This document shows, one piece after another, positions 61,725 to 64,000 of a DNA stretch of 64,000 nucleotides. Where the stretch lies: IMG/VR virus record IMGVR_UViG_3300032007_000010. One strand, given 5' to 3'. A model generated the notes under the pieces. The model did no database searches and was not told the DNA's origin. It saw only the letters and a program-made list of their open reading frames with translations. Position 1 is the first letter of the stretch, and each line of letters starts with the position of its first letter. The position numbers and the translations under genes are program-made. The stretch is from a virus (Duplodnaviria > Caudoviricetes).

Positions 61725-63329
61725 ATGAACCTTGATAACCTGAATGCACTGCGAGACGATCTCGATGCCAAGGCGAAGACTGACCTTGAGATCAATTCGG
61801 ACAATTTTGGCGATGAGAGCGAACTCAGTCCGGAGGAAAACGAAATCATCGAACGTCTCCGGTCCGAGCAGCCGGACACCATGCTGGTGGTCAACGATAC
61901 GGATGAGACCGGTCAGAGCACGCAGATTCCGATGGGTGAATACGCAAAGACCCTCGATGGCCGACACGTGGTGCTCGATGGCATCGATTCGGACGCCGAG
62001 GAGATACTCAAAACCATCAATCGTGGCGACGTGATTCCCTCCGAGGATGATCTGCGAAAACAATCGGAACGCCATGCCGTGGATATGTTTCACACTATGA
62101 GGCGTTCCGGAGCTCCGGAGATGACCGACGAGGAGTTTCTGCGGGTGGATAGGCTTGCCATGGATGCGCTGCGCAATTTCTACGGAGACAGAAAGGTCAC
62201 ATCGGATCTCATCACCGGCGACCTCGGCAAACGTCCGCTTAATGCCATCGCAAAGATCCTTCCCGAGAAATTTGTTGACTGCTTCGTGAGCGAGAATGAG
62301 ATCAAGTTCAATAGTATACAGGCCAGAAATCGCTTCATCAATGTGCTTTCGTTCATGGTTTCCATGGGTCCCGAGATGGACTATCTCAACGACTACATCG
62401 AGAACGAGAACAAGCTCCTCCTCGTATCCAAGCGTCTCATGGAATGTCAGATCAACTTCTCGAAGATGCTCAAGGACAAGGAGAAACTTTCACAGATCGT
62501 TGCCCGGTCCCAGAAGCTCATCACCGACGATACGACCTTTTGGCAAAAATACATCAAACTTCCAAACCGCATACACAACGAGTTTGCCCAGGGTGTGGTG
62601 ATCTTCGAAGAATACGAGGATGCATACGAACGCATCCTCGATGACTATCCCGATACTCCCGAGAATGCCTCCGCACGTGAGCTCATCGAGAACGAGATCA
62701 AAGAGTGCGAGATCAAACAGGAAGTATACTCCAAGATCTCCGAGCTCGAGCTCATGCGCAGGTTGCATGCCATTCTCTCCGATCGATATCGAAACAACAT
62801 GAAACTCTCGCTCAAAAGCATCATGGACGATGCCGAGGACGCGGTCGAACGCATTCGTCGCTGCAAACAGGAACTGCCCTTCCCTGGGTTCCAGAATAAT
62901 ATGAAGCGGTCGAGCCAGATATTGAGCGCCTACCTCGCATCCTACACAAGCATGCTCCTCGGTCATAACAAGACGGTGTCCGATATGACCGTCAAGGAAG
63001 GCTACGAATCGGCTCCGATGAAATTTTCTCTCATTCACATTCCAGATCACGACGATGCCGATGTGTGCCAGGTGTTTGCGCTGTTGCTGGTGATTCTCAT
63101 GGGACGGATTCTCAAGAATCTCACCAAGGATCCGAACAAGTACAACGCCATCACCCTCGACTCGTACTTCAGGCTCTTTTGTCGACTCGGGACCGACCTC
63201 TATGTCATGGAGGATGTGTGGACAATGCTCCGAGATGATGTGCGCTGGATCCTCGAGTCATTCTATGAACCGCAGAAGATCGAATATCAGCGCTCGGAGA
63301 GTCGCAAGAAGGCAAATCGTGGGAGATGA
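61725..63329 (+). CDS. Hypothetical late protein
   Basis: AAAGGAG RBS before ATG 61725. Confidence 0.8.
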   Translation: MNLDNLNALRDDLDAKAKTDLEINSDNFGDESELSPEENEIIERLRSEQPDTMLVVNDTDETGQSTQIPMGEYAKTLDGRHVVLDGIDSDAEEILKTINRGDVIPSEDDLRKQSERHAVDMFHTMRRSGAPEMTDEEFLRVDRLAMDALRNFYGDRKVTSDLITGDLGKRPLNAIAKILPEKFVDCFVSENEIKFNSIQARNRFINVLSFMVSMGPEMDYLNDYIENENKLLLVSKRLMECQINFSKMLKDKEKLSQIVARSQKLITDDTTFWQKYIKLPNRIHNEFAQGVVIFEEYEDAYERILDDYPDTPENASARELIENEIKECEIKQEVYSKISELELMRRLHAILSDRYRNNMKLSLKSIMDDAEDAVERIRRCKQELPFPGFQNNMKRSSQILSAYLASYTSMLLGHNKTVSDMTVKEGYESAPMKFSLIHIPDHDDADVCQVFALLLVILMGRILKNLTKDPNKYNAITLDSYFRLFCRLGTDLYVMEDVWTMLRDDVRWILESFYEPQKIEYQRSESRKKANRGR

Positions 63330-63336
63330 TTTCGAT

Positions 63337-63347
63337 CATATATTATA
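63337..63347 (+). promoter_or_regulatory. Class I promoter
   Basis: CATATATTATA. Confidence 0.72.
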
Positions 63348-63418
63348 CTCCAGAAGAGGGAAATCGATGGTGCCATCGATTTCACCAATAAAATGAAATG
63401 AGAGGAGTATGAGATCAC

Positions 63419-63913
63419 ATGACCGCCGAATATGAAGAGATCAAGAAACAGGTTCGTTCCATCGGCAACGGACTGCATCACTGTCCCACGTGCATGCTCA
63501 TCTATGAGAATGGTGATGGCATCTATCACAAGGGCTACCACAAGCGCATGGTAGATTTCTACGAGAGGATCGATTCCCAGCACACCATCTATCCCTACTA
63601 CGAGGATCCCGAAGAGCTCCGTCGTGACGCCTTCAATGCAAAGGTCACCGATGAATACCGCAGGGCAGTCCTGGCTCTCATCGCACATTACTATCGGGCG
63701 CTCTTCATTGCCCAGGGTGCACATGGTCCCTATGATCGTGGCGGTGAGTACATTTCATTCGAAAGATACATCGCCATGTTCCTCGGCGCCAATGGTGACA
63801 TGCCGCTGCCCAGTCTGAGATCGTTCGGACCGAGGGTATACGCCGCACTCATCAAGACCTATGGTACGGAAACCGGCCTCGTTCCCGGCAATGCCACGAT
63901 CTTTGCCGACTGA
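63419..63913 (+). CDS. Hypothetical protein
   Basis: AGGAG RBS; CPTC motif; terminator at ~63932-63975. Confidence 0.7.
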   Translation: MTAEYEEIKKQVRSIGNGLHHCPTCMLIYENGDGIYHKGYHKRMVDFYERIDSQHTIYPYYEDPEELRRDAFNAKVTDEYRRAVLALIAHYYRALFIAQGAHGPYDRGGEYISFERYIAMFLGANGDMPLPSLRSFGPRVYAALIKTYGTETGLVPGNATIFAD

Positions 63914-64000
63914 GCAACTGAACATAATAGAAGAGACGAATCGAGTCCAAATCCTGGGCTCGATTCTTCTTTTTCTCAATTCATCAAAAATTAGACATGT

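Noticed and set aside
1-64000. Chimallin, PhuZ, introns, inteins or stop-codon recoding
   Set aside because: None recognisable in this window; core genes are intact in the standard code and all three stop codons terminate genes. Nucleus formation therefore cannot be claimed.

Overview
This window is a 64-kb slice of a jumbo bacteriophage genome related to the AR9/PBS1 and phiKZ group. It is gene-dense, mostly on the + strand, of moderate GC by eye, and has strong AGGAGG Shine-Dalgarno sites that suggest a Gram-positive anaerobic host (inference). It encodes split multisubunit RNA polymerase beta subunits: non-virion beta-N (45303-47186), non-virion beta-C (34389-36431) and virion beta-C (23281-24027). 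DNA-metabolism genes include a DnaB-type helicase, a Dda/RecD helicase, SbcD, RecA/UvsX, GyrB and GyrA, and an NAD-dependent ligase. Structural genes include a prohead protease, a probable major capsid protein, and baseplate wedge, spike and PAAR proteins. Accessory genes include NADAR, dCMP deaminase, an FNT channel, an SLT, SfsA, a MazG-like protein, CYTH, LPD28 and BRO-N. Two phage promoter motifs can be read directly: YATATAYYATA (19 copies, all +, early-like) and DACA-N4-TATA (15 copies, AR9 late-like). Three observations stand out. (1) A shared short peptide tag, D-x-[DEK]-G-F-hydrophobic-hydrophobic-L, occurs in 8 copies on tails or linkers of six unrelated proteins (helicase, GyrA, ligase, nvRNAP beta x3, two orphans); it is a candidate docking or targeting signal for the phage DNA-transaction machinery. 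(2) A ~470-nt, ornate, pseudoknotted non-coding RNA with its own phage promoter lies at 42933-43405. (3) The adjacent gene appears to be a highly expressed single-chain tandem HU-like protein. No tRNAs, CRISPR arrays, introns or inteins were recognised. All family calls come from motif recognition by eye, not database searches.
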